The notes beneath the pieces are model-generated. The model was not told the DNA's origin. It saw nothing but the letters and a program-made list of their open reading frames with translations, and did no database searches. A DNA stretch of 64,000 nucleotides from Alphaproteobacteria bacterium (lineage in GTDB: Bacteria > Pseudomonadota > Gammaproteobacteria > Burkholderiales > Burkholderiaceae_C): positions 30,154 to 94,153 of the forward strand of contig JASGCM010000014.1 of NCBI GenBank assembly GCA_030054175.1, written 5' to 3'. Shown piece by piece: positions 19,465-29,636 of this stretch (position 1 is its first letter; each line of letters starts with the position of its first letter). A program made the position numbers and the translations under genes.

Positions 19465-20813
19465 CAGCGGTTGCGTGCCGCCATCCACTGCTCAAGGTAG
19501 TGGATGTTGGTGCCGCCCTCCATAAATTTGGCGTCGACCATCAACTCGCGGTGCAGTGGGATGTTGGTGAGGATGCCCTCGATCAAGGTTTCGCCCAAGG
19601 CGGTACGCATGCGCGCCAGGGCTTGATCCCGAGTGTCGCCGTACACAATGATTTTGCCGATCATCGAGTCATAGTTCGGCGGCACGAAGTAGTTGGTGTA
19701 GACATGCGAGTCGACGCGCACGCCCGGACCGCCTGGTGGATGCCACATGGTGATGCGCCCAGGAGACGGGGTGAATTTGAACGGGTCTTCGGCGTTGATG
19801 CGGCATTCTATGGCGTGGCCTTTGATGCCGATTTGCTTCTGGGTGAAGGACAGTTTCTCGCCACTGGCCACCAGAATTTGGGTTTTGACGATGTCGATAC
19901 CGGTGATGTACTCGGTGACAGGATGTTCAACCTGCACCCGGGTGTTCATTTCAATGAAGTAGAACTCGCCGTTCTCGTACAGAAATTCGAAGGTGCCGGC
20001 GCCCCGGTAGCCGATGCGCTTACAGGCCGCTGCACAACGCTCACCGATTTTTTCAATCAGCTTGCGGGGGATGTGTGGCGCGGGCGCTTCCTCAATGACC
20101 TTTTGATGGCGGCGTTGCATGGAGCAATCGCGCTCGCCCAGGTACACCACGTTGCGGTGTTGGTCGGCCAGCACTTGAATTTCAATGTGGCGTGGGTTTT
20201 GCAGGAATTTCTCCATGTAAACCTGCGGATTGCCGAATGCGGATTGAGCCTCGGCCTGCGTGGTTTGCACGGCATGAATCAGTGCGGCTTCGGTATGGAC
20301 CACGCGCATGCCGCGCCCACCGCCACCACCGGCGGCCTTGATGATGACCGGGTAGCCGATTTGCTTGGCGATGCGGCGAAAGGCGGCCGGGTCATCGGGC
20401 AAGGCGCCCTCCGAGCCGGGCACACAGGGCACGCCCGCCTTGATCATGGCCTGTTTGGCCGAGACCTTGTCGCCCATGATACGGATCGACTCTGGGGTGG
20501 GGCCAATGAACTGAAACCCGCTTTTCTCGACCCGTTCGGCAAAATCAGCGTTCTCGCTGAGAAAGCCATAGCCAGGGTGGATGGCTTCGGCATCGGTGAC
20601 CTCGGCGGCCGAGATGATGGCTGGCATGCTGAGGTAACTTTGAGCCGACGGGGCCGGCCCGATGCAAACCGCTTCTTCAGCCAACTTGACGTATTTGGCT
20701 TCGCGATCGGCTTCTGAATACACCACCACTGCCTTGACCCCCAATTCGCGACAGGCGCGTTGGATGCGCAGGGCGATTTCGCCCCGGTTGGCAATCAGGA
20801 TTTTCTTGAACAT
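19464..20813 (-). CDS. accC: acetyl-CoA carboxylase biotin carboxylase subunit
   Basis: ATP-grasp motifs [13 protein letters not shown] and [15 protein letters not shown]. Confidence 0.97.
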   Translation of the reverse strand: MFKKILIANRGEIALRIQRACRELGVKAVVVYSEADREAKYVKLAEEAVCIGPAPSAQSYLSMPAIISAAEVTDAEAIHPGYGFLSENADFAERVEKSGFQFIGPTPESIRIMGDKVSAKQAMIKAGVPCVPGSEGALPDDPAAFRRIAKQIGYPVIIKAAGGGGGRGMRVVHTEAALIHAVQTTQAEAQSAFGNPQVYMEKFLQNPRHIEIQVLADQHRNVVYLGERDCSMQRRHQKVIEEAPAPHIPRKLIEKIGERCAAACKRIGYRGAGTFEFLYENGEFYFIEMNTRVQVEHPVTEYITGIDIVKTQILVASGEKLSFTQKQIGIKGHAIECRINAEDPFKFTPSPGRITMWHPPGGPGVRVDSHVYTNYFVPPNYDSMIGKIIVYGDTRDQALARMRTALGETLIEGILTNIPLHRELMVDAKFMEGGTNIHYLEQWMAARNR

Positions 20814-20826
20814 GAAATCACCCTGT

Positions 20827-21297
20827 TCATTCGATCACGAACAAGGGTTGACCGTACTCCACCGCCTGACCGTTTTCGGCCAGGATCTGTGTGATGGTGC
20901 CACTTTGATCGGCTTCGATTTCATTGAGGATTTTCATGGCCTCGATGATGCAAACTGGATCACCCTGTTTGACGACAGTGCCCACCTCGACAAAGGCCTT
21001 GGCGCCCGGGCTGGCCGCGCGATAGAACGTGCCGACCATCGGTGATTTGACCAGGTGGCCGCTGGCTGCAGACCCAGGTGCTGGCTCGGAGGCAGGAGCG
21101 CCAGAAGGGGCGGCTGCCGTTGAGGCGGCCATGGGCGCACTGGCTAAGGCAGCCACCATAGGGGCGGCCACCATGGCGGGTGGGACGCCGGACGATTTGA
21201 CGATGCGCACCTTGCCTTCGGCTTCGGTGATTTCCAGTTCGGAGACATTGGATTCCGACACGAGATCGATCAGTGTTTTGAGTTTTCTAAGGTCCAT
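20827..21297 (-). CDS. accB: acetyl-CoA carboxylase biotin carboxyl carrier protein
   Basis: Ala/Pro linker and biotinylation motif [13 protein letters not shown]. Confidence 0.95.
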   Translation of the reverse strand: MDLRKLKTLIDLVSESNVSELEITEAEGKVRIVKSSGVPPAMVAAPMVAALASAPMAASTAAAPSGAPASEPAPGSAASGHLVKSPMVGTFYRAASPGAKAFVEVGTVVKQGDPVCIIEAMKILNEIEADQSGTITQILAENGQAVEYGQPLFVIE

Positions 21298-21322
21298 GCA
21301 GCTAATTTACACCAAAATGACA

Positions 21323-21889
21323 TCAAGAGGCCCACTTTGCGATCTCATTTGCCGATAATTTCCCCAATTTGCTCATGAGCAGGCGGCCATCGGCAGCCAA
21401 AACCACGGTGTAGGGCAAGGATCCGCTGGGGTTACCCAGTGTTTCGCCCAACTGCATGCCGTTCATGCCACCCAAAGCGATGGGATAGGTGACCGGGCGC
21501 TGGCTGAGAAAACGTTTGATTTGCGAAGGCTGATCGATGGCGATCCCAATCATTTGCCAGCCTTTGGAATGATTTTGTTGATAAAAGACATCCAATAGCG
21601 GCATTTCTTCGACGCAAGGCGGACACCAGGTGGCCCAGAAATTGATTACCAAGGGCTTGCCGCGCAGGCTGGACAGGGACAGGGTTTGGCCGTCGATCAA
21701 CTCCATATTTTCTGCCCAAAGCTCCTGTTCAGCCTGCGCAGGCAAGCGGTCGCGTTGCTTCATCCAACGCGCCACTTCAGCCCCTGCGAGCAGAGCCACC
21801 AAGCCGGTCAACAAGACCAAGCTTCGGCGAGATGTGATCGATTGGCTCTTATCTTTATCCATCTGTGGTGAATTATTCGGCATTTTCAA
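21323..21889 (-). CDS. TlpA-family thiol:disulfide oxidoreductase
   Basis: Signal anchor and thioredoxin active site NFWATWCPPCVEEMP. The true start may be 21862. Confidence 0.85.
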   Translation of the reverse strand: MKMPNNSPQMDKDKSQSITSRRSLVLLTGLVALLAGAEVARWMKQRDRLPAQAEQELWAENMELIDGQTLSLSSLRGKPLVINFWATWCPPCVEEMPLLDVFYQQNHSKGWQMIGIAIDQPSQIKRFLSQRPVTYPIALGGMNGMQLGETLGNPSGSLPYTVVLAADGRLLMSKLGKLSANEIAKWAS

Positions 21890-22463
21890 GTAAGCGCAGC
21901 AAGGACTTCAGGTCGCCCCGGGTCGTCAGGCCGCGTGCGTCGGGCAGTAAGGCGCCACGCAAATCGTCGTGATCGAGCACAGTCAGGTGCAGGCCGATGT
22001 GTTCGGACAGGGCTGGGCACAGCACGCTCAAACTGAGCACGTCGACCGATTGTCCACGGAATCCTTGGGTGCCGCCAACCTGGTAATCAATGCCTTGGTT
22101 AATCAGGTCAATTTCTGCCGACTTGGGGTCATCGCAAAACAATTGCAGGTGGATGTCATTGAGACGGGTGGCGGTGCCACGCCAGACCGCGCCAGTCAGG
22201 TGCGGTCGGTGCGGGTGAAGTTGCCGCATCCATTGCACGGCCAGTTCGCGCAAGGAGCGCAGTTCACTCGGCTGGGTGTCGGCCGCGAACAGTTCCAAGT
22301 ATTCACGCACACTGTCTTCTACCTGCAAGTTGTCGGGCATGCGGCAACGTGACCCCAGCCCCAAATCGCGGGCAGCTCGCTTTTTGGCCTGCCCATACTC
22401 CATGCCCTCTTCCACCACCCAACGGGCGGCAGCGGCGGCGATTTCGGCTGCGTCATCGTTCAT
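21873..22463 (-). CDS. conserved hypothetical protein
   Basis: 196-aa ORF with coding-like composition, divergent from mpl. No motif recognised. Confidence 0.5.
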   Translation of the reverse strand: MNDDAAEIAAAAARWVVEEGMEYGQAKKRAARDLGLGSRCRMPDNLQVEDSVREYLELFAADTQPSELRSLRELAVQWMRQLHPHRPHLTGAVWRGTATRLNDIHLQLFCDDPKSAEIDLINQGIDYQVGGTQGFRGQSVDVLSLSVLCPALSEHIGLHLTVLDHDDLRGALLPDARGLTTRGDLKSLLRLLENAE

Positions 22464-22504
22464 TCCCTGATCTTAGCCGTGTCCGACCGGCCTAGAATCT
22501 GCAC

Positions 22505-23899
22505 ATGCATATACACATACTGGGCATTTGTGGGACCTTCATGGGCGGCGTGGCCGCTTTGGCGAGCGAAGCCGGAAACCGCGTGACGGGGTGCGACAGC
22601 GGGGTCTACCCGCCAATGAGCGACCAACTGCGAGATTTGGGCATTGAATTGATCGAGGGCTATGGGGCCGACCAGTTGAAACTGGCCCCCGACTGCTTTG
22701 TGGTGGGCAATGTCGTTTCTCGGTCCCGTGGGGCCGATGGCCAGCCACGCTATCCTCTGATGGAGGCGATCTTGGATGCCGGGGCAACCTATGCCAGTGG
22801 ACCGCAGTGGTTGGGCGAGCAGGTGCTGCGGCGTGACGGCCACGCCTGTCATGTGCTGGCGGTGGCCGGCACCCACGGCAAAACGACCACCACCTCGATG
22901 TTGGCCTGGGTGTTGGAAGCTTGTGGCCACAAACCCGGGTTTTTGGTCGGTGGAGTGCCGTTGAATTTCGGTACTTCGGCGCGCTTGGGGGCGGCCACAG
23001 ATCGGGCTGGGGCGCCTTTCGTGATCGAGGCCGACGAGTACGACACTGCGTTTTTCGACAAGCGCAGCAAGTTCGTTCATTACCGTCCGAGCACTGCTAT
23101 ATTGAACAATCTGGAGTTCGATCACGCCGACATTTTTGATGACTTGGCGGCGATTGAGCGGCAATTCCACCACCTGGTGCGCACGGTCCCTTCCAAAGGC
23201 CGGGTGGTCTTCAACGCTGAAGAAGAGAGTTTGCAGCGGGTGTTGAAGATGGGCTGCTGGTCACAAGCCATGGGCTTTGGTTTGACTCGGGGTGATTGGC
23301 GCATCGACGGCCCGCCGGAAGATTTTGGCGTGTTCCACCAGGGGCAAGAGGTGGCGCACATCACCTGGGCGGTGGCCGGTGTGCACAACCAACTCAACGC
23401 ATTGGCGGCATTGGTCGCTGCAGAGCATGTGGGGGTGGCACCGCAACAGGCGGCCCAAGCCTTGGCTGGATTTCAGAACGTGCGTCGGCGCTTGGAGAAC
23501 AAAGGCGTGGTGCGTGGGGTCACGGTGTACGATGATTTTGCCCATCATCCCACCGCCATACGCACCACCGTCGACGGCCTGCGCCGAAAGGTGGGGACGC
23601 AGCGCATCATCGCCGTGTTCGAGCCGCGCTCCAATACCATGAAGCTGGGAACGATGAAATCACAATTGCCCTGGAGCCTGGGGCAGGTTGACTTGGCCAT
23701 TTGTCACAGCGGCGGACTGGAATGGAGTGCCGCCGAGGCGCTGGCCCCAATGGAGGAACGGGCCCTGGTGGTTCCTACCATTGATGAGGTGGTGCGCATG
23801 GTGGCTCAGGTGGCCCAAAGCGGTGACCATGTGCTGTGCATGAGCAATGGTGGATTTGGTGGTATCCACGCCAAGCTCTTGAGCGCGTTGGCGGTCTGA
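22505..23899 (+). CDS. mpl: UDP-N-acetylmuramate:L-Ala-gamma-D-Glu-meso-DAP ligase
   Basis: Mur-ligase N-terminus HILGICGTFMGG and P-loop VAGTHGKTTTTSMLA. Confidence 0.9.
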   Translation: MHIHILGICGTFMGGVAALASEAGNRVTGCDSGVYPPMSDQLRDLGIELIEGYGADQLKLAPDCFVVGNVVSRSRGADGQPRYPLMEAILDAGATYASGPQWLGEQVLRRDGHACHVLAVAGTHGKTTTTSMLAWVLEACGHKPGFLVGGVPLNFGTSARLGAATDRAGAPFVIEADEYDTAFFDKRSKFVHYRPSTAILNNLEFDHADIFDDLAAIERQFHHLVRTVPSKGRVVFNAEEESLQRVLKMGCWSQAMGFGLTRGDWRIDGPPEDFGVFHQGQEVAHITWAVAGVHNQLNALAALVAAEHVGVAPQQAAQALAGFQNVRRRLENKGVVRGVTVYDDFAHHPTAIRTTVDGLRRKVGTQRIIAVFEPRSNTMKLGTMKSQLPWSLGQVDLAICHSGGLEWSAAEALAPMEERALVVPTIDEVVRMVAQVAQSGDHVLCMSNGGFGGIHAKLLSALAV

Positions 23900-23933
23900 G
23901 TCAGCCGCCCCGGCCATGGTGCTGCTCTAGGCA

Positions 23934-25028
23934 TCAACGTCGGGCCAACACCGCCTCTGAAAGCACTTGCAGGGCTTGCACTGAGTCGTCCCAACCCAGA
24001 CAGGCGTCGGTGATGCTCTGTCCATACGTCAGGCCATCAATGGGGTCTTTACCCGGCGTGAATTTCTGCGCCCCCGCCTGGAGGTGGCTTTCGATCATGA
24101 CGCCAAATACGTTGCGCGAGCCGCCAGCGATTTGCGCGCCGATGTCACGCGCCACATCCAGTTGTTTTTCATGCTGCTTGCTGCTATTGGCATGGCTGAA
24201 GTCGACCATCAGGCGTTGCGGTAGACCCGAAGCTTCCAGGTCGGCGCAGGCGGCCTGCACGCTGTCTTGGTCGTAATTGGGTTTCTTGCCGCCGCGCAAA
24301 ATGACGTGGCAGTCCGGGTTGCCTTGGGTCTGAACGATGGCGACTTGGCCGTTCTTGTGCACCGATAAGAAGTGGTGTCCGCGGGCGGCGGCTTGGATGG
24401 CGTCGGTGGCGATTTTGATGTTGCCGTCGGTGCCGTTTTTGAAACCGATCGGCGCCGACAGGCCCGATGCCAGTTCTCGATGCACCTGGCTTTCGGTGGT
24501 GCGCGCACCAATGGCGCCCCAGGAAATCAAGTCGCCAATGTATTGCGGGCTGATGACGTCCAGGAACTCGCTGCCGGCGGGCAGGCCCAGGCGGTTGATT
24601 TCAATCAACAATTGGCGCGCCATGCGCAGACCCTCATCGATGCGGAAGCTGCCGTCTAGGTAGGGGTCGTTGATCAGGCCTTTCCAGCCCACAGTGGTGC
24701 GTGGTTTCTCAAAATAGACCCGCATGACGATTTCCAGCGTGTCTTTGAAACGGTCGCGCTGGGCTTTCAGGCGGCGACCGTAGTCGATGGCGGCCGCCGG
24801 ATCGTGGATGGAACACGGGCCGATGACCACCAGCAATCGGTCGTCTTTGCCGCGCATGATGGATTGGATGCTCTGCCGGGTTTGAGCCACCAGTTGTTCA
24901 ACGGCTGTGCCCTGGATGGGGAAAAAGCGAATCAGGTGCTCGGGAGGCGGCAGGGTGGTGATGCCCAAAATGCGTTGGTCGTCCGTTTGGCTGGTGCGCT
25001 CCACGGTGTCGAGTTTGGCTGTTCTCAT
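23934..25028 (-). CDS. aroG: 3-deoxy-7-phosphoheptulonate (DAHP) synthase, class I
   Basis: KPRTTVGWKGLINDP and GAIGARTTESQ motifs. SD AAGGAA upstream of the ATG. Isozyme specificity is not determinable from sequence alone. Confidence 0.9.
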   Translation of the reverse strand: MRTAKLDTVERTSQTDDQRILGITTLPPPEHLIRFFPIQGTAVEQLVAQTRQSIQSIMRGKDDRLLVVIGPCSIHDPAAAIDYGRRLKAQRDRFKDTLEIVMRVYFEKPRTTVGWKGLINDPYLDGSFRIDEGLRMARQLLIEINRLGLPAGSEFLDVISPQYIGDLISWGAIGARTTESQVHRELASGLSAPIGFKNGTDGNIKIATDAIQAAARGHHFLSVHKNGQVAIVQTQGNPDCHVILRGGKKPNYDQDSVQAACADLEASGLPQRLMVDFSHANSSKQHEKQLDVARDIGAQIAGGSRNVFGVMIESHLQAGAQKFTPGKDPIDGLTYGQSITDACLGWDDSVQALQVLSEAVLARR

Positions 25029-25054
25029 CGCTGTTCCTTGTAGGCAGACGGTTC

Positions 25055-25083
25055 AAAAAAAAACCGCCGGGGGGCCGGCGGTT
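25055..25083 (-). terminator. intrinsic terminator / attenuator hairpin 27 nt upstream of aroG
   Basis: Minus-strand RNA AACCGCCGG-CCCC-CCGGCGGUU followed by nine U (A-run 25055-25063 on the plus strand). Confidence 0.8.
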
Positions 25084-25106
25084 CGTTGGGGGTTGGCACT
25101 GTGCGC

Positions 25107-25172
25107 TCAGACCTCTCGACCGCCTGGGGGCGTGAGAAAAAAGAAGCCAAAGCAAAACCAAACCTTGTTCAT
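25107..25172 (-). CDS. candidate Phe-rich leader peptide MNKVWFCFGFFFLTPPGGREV
   Basis: 21-codon ORF between tldD and aroG with 5 Phe in 7 consecutive codons plus Trp. It ends 23 nt before the terminator stem. Too short for the ORF track. Confidence 0.5.
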   Translation of the reverse strand: MNKVWFCFGFFFLTPPGGREV

Positions 25173-25203
25173 GGCGTGGAATATAGCATATGGCGAGCCG
25201 GGG

Positions 25204-26664
25204 TCAGGCTGTGCCACCCACGGTCAGGCCGTCGATCCGCAAGGTGGGTTGGCCAACCCCGACCGGGACGCTTTGGCCCTCTTTGCCGCAGGTCCCGATG
25301 CCTGAGTCCAGCGCCATGTCGTTGCCGATCATGCTCACCCGGGTGAGGGCGTCTGGGCCGTTTCCGACAATGGTGGCACCCTTGACGGGGTATTTCAGTC
25401 GACCTTTTTCAACCCACCAGGCCTGTGATGTGGAAAACACAAACTTGCCCGAGGTGATGTCGACCTGACCCCCGCCAAATTGGGAGGCATACAAACCACG
25501 ATCCAGGCTGGCGATGATTTCGCTCGGATCGGTGTCGCCGCCCAACATATAGGTGTTGGTCATGCGCGGCATGGGCAAGTGGGCATAACTTTCGCGCCGG
25601 CCATTGCCGGTGGCGGCCACCCCCATCAAACGGGCATTGAGCGAGTCTTGGATGTAGGCGCGCAAGATACCGTCTTCGATCAGCACATTGGATTGGGTGG
25701 CCTGGCCTTCGTCGTCGATATTCAGCGAACCGCGCCGATGGGCGATGGTGCCGTCATCGAGCACGGTGACGCCTTTGGCGGCAACGCGCTGGCCGATGCG
25801 GCCGGCAAAAGCGCTGGAGCCCTTGCGATTGAAGTCGCCTTCCAATCCGTGGCCCACCGCTTCGTGCAACAAAATACCGGGCCATCCGGGGCCCAAGACC
25901 ACCGCCATTTCGCCGGCCGGAGCTGCTTTGGCTTCCAAATTGGTCAGGGCCGATTGGACGGCCTCGACGGCATAGTTGCGCAGGGTGTCATCATCGAAGT
26001 GGTCAAGGTCGACCCGACCACCGCCGCCCGCCGAGCCCATTTCGCGTCGCCCGCCTTGTTCGGCGATCACGGTCAGGCTCAGGCGCACCAAGGGGCGCAC
26101 GTCGGCGGCCAAAGTGCCGTCGGCCCGCGCTACCAGCACGATGTCGTGTTCGCTGGCCAAGCCAGCCATGACCTGAACCACCCGGGGATCTTGGGCGCGG
26201 GCCAGTTGTTCCAGGCGGTTGAGCAGGCTGACTTTGGCCGTGCTGTCCAGACTGGCGATGGGGTCGCGCGCCGAGTACAGCGAACGGGAAGGGGCGATCC
26301 GCCGCGCTGGCACCCGCACTTTGCCCGATTGGGCTTGTGCGGCGATGCTGCGCACGGTGCGAGCGGCATCGAGCAGCGAGGCCATGGAGATGTCGTCGGA
26401 ATAGGCGAAGGCGGTTTTTTCGCCGCTGACGGCACGCACGCCCACGCCTTGGTCGATGCTGAATGAGCCCGTCTTGACCATGCCTTCTTCCAAGCTCCAA
26501 CCTTCGCTGCGCGTGGTTTGAAAGTACAGGTCGGCGTCGTCGACCCGATGGGCGCTGATTTCGGCCAAGGCATGCTGCAAATGGGTGTGGCTCAGACCAA
26601 AGGGTTCGAGCAGGGCTTGCTCGGCGATGGCGAGTCGGTCCAGGGTGGGTTCACGTGAGATCAT
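25204..26664 (-). CDS. tldD: metalloprotease TldD
   Basis: PmbA/TldD fold with LHEAVGHGLEGD (HExxxH). Confidence 0.92.
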   Translation of the reverse strand: MISREPTLDRLAIAEQALLEPFGLSHTHLQHALAEISAHRVDDADLYFQTTRSEGWSLEEGMVKTGSFSIDQGVGVRAVSGEKTAFAYSDDISMASLLDAARTVRSIAAQAQSGKVRVPARRIAPSRSLYSARDPIASLDSTAKVSLLNRLEQLARAQDPRVVQVMAGLASEHDIVLVARADGTLAADVRPLVRLSLTVIAEQGGRREMGSAGGGGRVDLDHFDDDTLRNYAVEAVQSALTNLEAKAAPAGEMAVVLGPGWPGILLHEAVGHGLEGDFNRKGSSAFAGRIGQRVAAKGVTVLDDGTIAHRRGSLNIDDEGQATQSNVLIEDGILRAYIQDSLNARLMGVAATGNGRRESYAHLPMPRMTNTYMLGGDTDPSEIIASLDRGLYASQFGGGQVDITSGKFVFSTSQAWWVEKGRLKYPVKGATIVGNGPDALTRVSMIGNDMALDSGIGTCGKEGQSVPVGVGQPTLRIDGLTVGGTA

Positions 26665-26779
26665 GAACCCATTCTAGTAAGCAATTTCACCAATCGTGAA
26701 AACCCCCTGCCCAAGTCTTGCCATTTGAGTCATCCTAAGATCAGTCAGTGCTTGAGATTTCACCCTTGGGAGAGCAGCG

Positions 26780-27214
26780 ATGTACAAGAAAATTTTATTG
26801 GCCTACAACGGTTCGACAGCCGGTCAAAAGGCCTTGCTGGATTCACGCGACTTGGCGGCCTGGGGTCAGTCACAGCTGCATTTGGTGGCGGTGATGCCCC
26901 TGAACCTCAATACTGTGGTGGCCGAAGGCATCGTCTATTCGGCGCAGGAAGAACAACAGCAAACCCAGGCCTACGAGCGGGTGTTGCAAGAAGGGCTACA
27001 AAAACTCGATGAACTGGGTTACAAAGCGCAAGGCGAATTGCTCAGTGGCGACGCCATCCAGGAAATATGCGCCTGCGCTAAACGCATATCTGCCGATCTG
27101 ATCGTGGTGGGTCACCAGCGCCGCACCGGATGGATCGGGCGCTGGTGGTCGGGTTCGATCTCGAAGAGTCTGGTCGAAGAGGCCCCGTGCAGCGTGTTGG
27201 TCTCTATTTTGTGA
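26780..27214 (+). CDS. universal stress protein family
   Basis: 144 aa, MYKKILLAYNGS...ADLIVVGHQRR...SVLV, the typical UspA pattern. Confidence 0.8.
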   Translation: MYKKILLAYNGSTAGQKALLDSRDLAAWGQSQLHLVAVMPLNLNTVVAEGIVYSAQEEQQQTQAYERVLQEGLQKLDELGYKAQGELLSGDAIQEICACAKRISADLIVVGHQRRTGWIGRWWSGSISKSLVEEAPCSVLVSIL

Positions 27215-27230
27215 ATGCGGCGTGGTGACA

Positions 27231-28217
27231 TCAGTCGGCGCTGGCGCCCGACTCTTTCACCACCTTGGACCATTTCACGATTTCCGAAGCTTGGTAGCGT
27301 GCCAACTCTTCTGGGCTGGAGAGCACGGGCTCAAGGCCCAGCTTTTGCAGCCGCTCTTGCACATCGGGCAGTTTGAAGATACGCACCGCTTCGGCATGCA
27401 GGCGGTCGATCACTGGCTTGGGCGTACCGGCCGGTGCGAACAAGGCAAACCAGGTGGTGGCCTCAAAGCCTGGCAAGCTCTCGGCCACGGTGGGGATATC
27501 GGGCGCAGCGGGTGAGCGCTTGGCGGTGGTCACGGCAATCGCGCGGATCTTGCCTTCCTTGGCCATGGGCAAGGCCGAGGGCATGTTGTCAAACATCAGC
27601 TGGATGCTGCCGCCAATCAGGTCAGGAATGGCGAATTGACGGCCCTTGTAGGGGGCATGTGTCATCTGCGTGCCGGTCATCGACTTGAAGAGCTCTCCGG
27701 AAACGTGCACCGAGGTGCCCACGCCGGGGGAGCCAAACGACAATTTGTTTGGATTGGCCTTCATGTACTGAACAAGTTCAGGCACGTTTTTCACTGGTAA
27801 ATCGTTGTTGACCACCAACAGATTGGGCGCGTTCGCGATCAGGCTGACGGGCGTGAAATCGCGCGTCATGTCGAAAGGCATCTTTTTGTACAAGCTGCCA
27901 TTGATCGAGTGAGTGCCTACGGTGCCCATGACGATGGTGTACCCATCGGAGGGGGATTTGGCGACGAAATCGGCGCCGATATTGCCACCTGCCCCAGGCT
28001 TATTATCGACTACCACCGATTGCCCCAACTGGGCTTTTTCGCTGAAGATGCGCGCCAAGGTATCTGGCGCGCCGCCGGTGGGGAAGGTGACAACCAGGCG
28101 GATCGGCTTGTTGGGGTAGTTTTGCGCTTGGGCGGGGAGCCAAATCAAGCTGGCACTGCCAGCCAAGAAGGTGCTCAACACGACTCTGCGCAGGGTAGAG
28201 GGTTTGACTGAGTTCAC
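27231..28217 (-). CDS. Bug/TctC-family tripartite tricarboxylate transporter substrate-binding protein
   Basis: Signal peptide, then QNYPNKPIRLVVTFPTGGAPD, typical of the Bug family. Confidence 0.85.
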   Translation of the reverse strand: MNSVKPSTLRRVVLSTFLAGSASLIWLPAQAQNYPNKPIRLVVTFPTGGAPDTLARIFSEKAQLGQSVVVDNKPGAGGNIGADFVAKSPSDGYTIVMGTVGTHSINGSLYKKMPFDMTRDFTPVSLIANAPNLLVVNNDLPVKNVPELVQYMKANPNKLSFGSPGVGTSVHVSGELFKSMTGTQMTHAPYKGRQFAIPDLIGGSIQLMFDNMPSALPMAKEGKIRAIAVTTAKRSPAAPDIPTVAESLPGFEATTWFALFAPAGTPKPVIDRLHAEAVRIFKLPDVQERLQKLGLEPVLSSPEELARYQASEIVKWSKVVKESGASAD

Positions 28218-28293
28218 ATGTCACCTTTCATCTTTTTGGGTGGGATAAGCGGAAGATACCCCATCGCCCATGAAGTTTGGCGTCGTCCGTTGG

Positions 28294-28316
28294 AAAACCC
28301 CCGCGCCCAAGGGGGG
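28294..28316 (-). terminator. weak intrinsic terminator after hslR
   Basis: Minus strand CCCCC-loop-GGGGG followed by UUUU. Short stem and short U-run. Confidence 0.4.
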
Positions 28317-28322
28317 TGCGAC

Positions 28323-28739
28323 TCAATCCAGGGCCGCCGACCAGCGGTCGCCCCAGTCGTGACGCTGGCGATCGATGTCGCGACGGTCGCGTTTGGTCGG
28401 ACGGCCTTGGGTCAAGCTGTGGGCGGGCTCGGGCGACCAGCGGTTTTGTTCTCGCCAGGCCTGCTGGGCAGCCAGGCTCTCGGGGGTTTCGGCATAGAGT
28501 TGCTGGGCCACTGGAGCCGGGCCGCGCTGCTTGCTCAGGCCCACCACCACCACGACCCGCTCGGGGCCTTGTTGGCGCAGGCCGATTCGGTCTCCGGGCT
28601 TGACCTCGCGCGAGGGCTTGGGCACTTGGCCGTTGACCAGAACGCGGTCCCGATGGACCTCGTCGGCCGCCAGCGAACGGGTCTTGAAAAACCTTGCGGC
28701 CCAAAGCCACTTGTCGATGCGCAATTTGTCCATATGCAT
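28323..28739 (-). CDS. hslR: ribosome-associated heat shock protein Hsp15 (S4 RNA-binding domain)
   Basis: MHMDKLRIDKWLWAARFFKTRS S4 motif. Only the last 138 codons of the 426-aa track ORF are taken as real. Confidence 0.85.
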   Translation of the reverse strand: MHMDKLRIDKWLWAARFFKTRSLAADEVHRDRVLVNGQVPKPSREVKPGDRIGLRQQGPERVVVVVGLSKQRGPAPVAQQLYAETPESLAAQQAWREQNRWSPEPAHSLTQGRPTKRDRRDIDRQRHDWGDRWSAALD

Positions 28740-28760
28740 TGTGTTGGACAATGCTAACCC

Positions 28761-29636
28761 ATGAACCTTTCCCCTGTCACCCTGCCCCAATTGACCCGTG
28801 CCGAGGCCCCGTTGACGCTGGCCATTGAGGCCTTGGACGAGCACGGGCATGCCTGTGATTTGTCGATTCCGGCCGAGCGCGCGTTGACTGTGTATGTGGA
28901 CAAACAAGAGTTGATCACCCTGATGACCCTGGGCGCCCACCCCGAATGGCTGGTGTTGGGCTATTTGCGGAATCAAAGGCTGGTGGAGCGGGTCGACCAG
29001 ATCGAATCGATCACCGTCGACTGGGACGCAGGCGACGCCGGGGCCGGCGTGGCCGCCGTGAAAACCCGAGGCCTGAACACCGATTGGGCCGAGCGCACTC
29101 AGTCGCGCATCGTGACCACGGGCTGTGGCCAAGGCAGCTTGTTTGGCTGCGCCATGGAGGACTTGAGCCAAGTGCGCCTGCCAGACACCCACCTGAGCCA
29201 AGCCAGGCTCTACGAGGTGCTGGCCCAGGTGCGACGCCAGGAATCGACTTACAAAAGCGCCGGTTCGGTGCATGGCTGCGCCCTGTTTGACGGCACCGAG
29301 CTGCTCTTGTTCGTTGAGGATGTGGGGCGCCACAATGCCATCGACTCCATCGCCGGCTGGCTGTGGATGCAGACTGCTGGCGCTCAGCCGAAAGATCCGT
29401 TGTTCTACACGACTGGGCGGCTGACCAGCGAGATGGTGCTGAAAGCAGCGCAGATGGGCGTGCCCTTGGTCGTCTCGCGCAGCGGCATCACCCAAATGGG
29501 GTTTGAATTGGCGCAATCCTTGGGGGTGTGTGCCGTAGGGCGAGCCTTGAACCGGCATTTCTTTTGTTACACCGCCCGCCATCGTTTCATCTCGCAAGCC
29601 CATTTGGCCCTTGCCAGTTCCCCGGGTGCAGCATGA
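28761..29636 (+). CDS. fdhD: formate dehydrogenase accessory sulfurtransferase
   Basis: VTTGCGQGS, HGCALF, VEDVGRHNAIDSI motifs. Confidence 0.88.
   Translation: MNLSPVTLPQLTRAEAPLTLAIEALDEHGHACDLSIPAERALTVYVDKQELITLMTLGAHPEWLVLGYLRNQRLVERVDQIESITVDWDAGDAGAGVAAVKTRGLNTDWAERTQSRIVTTGCGQGSLFGCAMEDLSQVRLPDTHLSQARLYEVLAQVRRQESTYKSAGSVHGCALFDGTELLLFVEDVGRHNAIDSIAGWLWMQTAGAQPKDPLFYTTGRLTSEMVLKAAQMGVPLVVSRSGITQMGFELAQSLGVCAVGRALNRHFFCYTARHRFISQAHLALASSPGAA

Noticed and set aside
19500-20717. 405-aa plus-strand ORF
   Set aside because: It lies entirely antisense to accC, whose identity is unambiguous. It is a shadow ORF.
26685-26701. TTTCAC-CAATC-GTGAAA inverted repeat between tldD and the usp gene as an FNR/CRP site
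   Set aside because: It has 6-bp arms only and matches neither the TTGAT-N4-ATCAA nor the TGTGA-N6-TCACA consensus.
28740-29603. Upstream 288 codons of the 426-aa minus-strand track ORF 28323-29603
   Set aside because: Only the last 138 codons (from MHMDKLRIDKWLW, start 28739) look like a real protein (Hsp15). The rest is antisense to a well-supported fdhD and has the Arg/Gly/Pro-rich composition typical of shadow ORFs in high-GC DNA.
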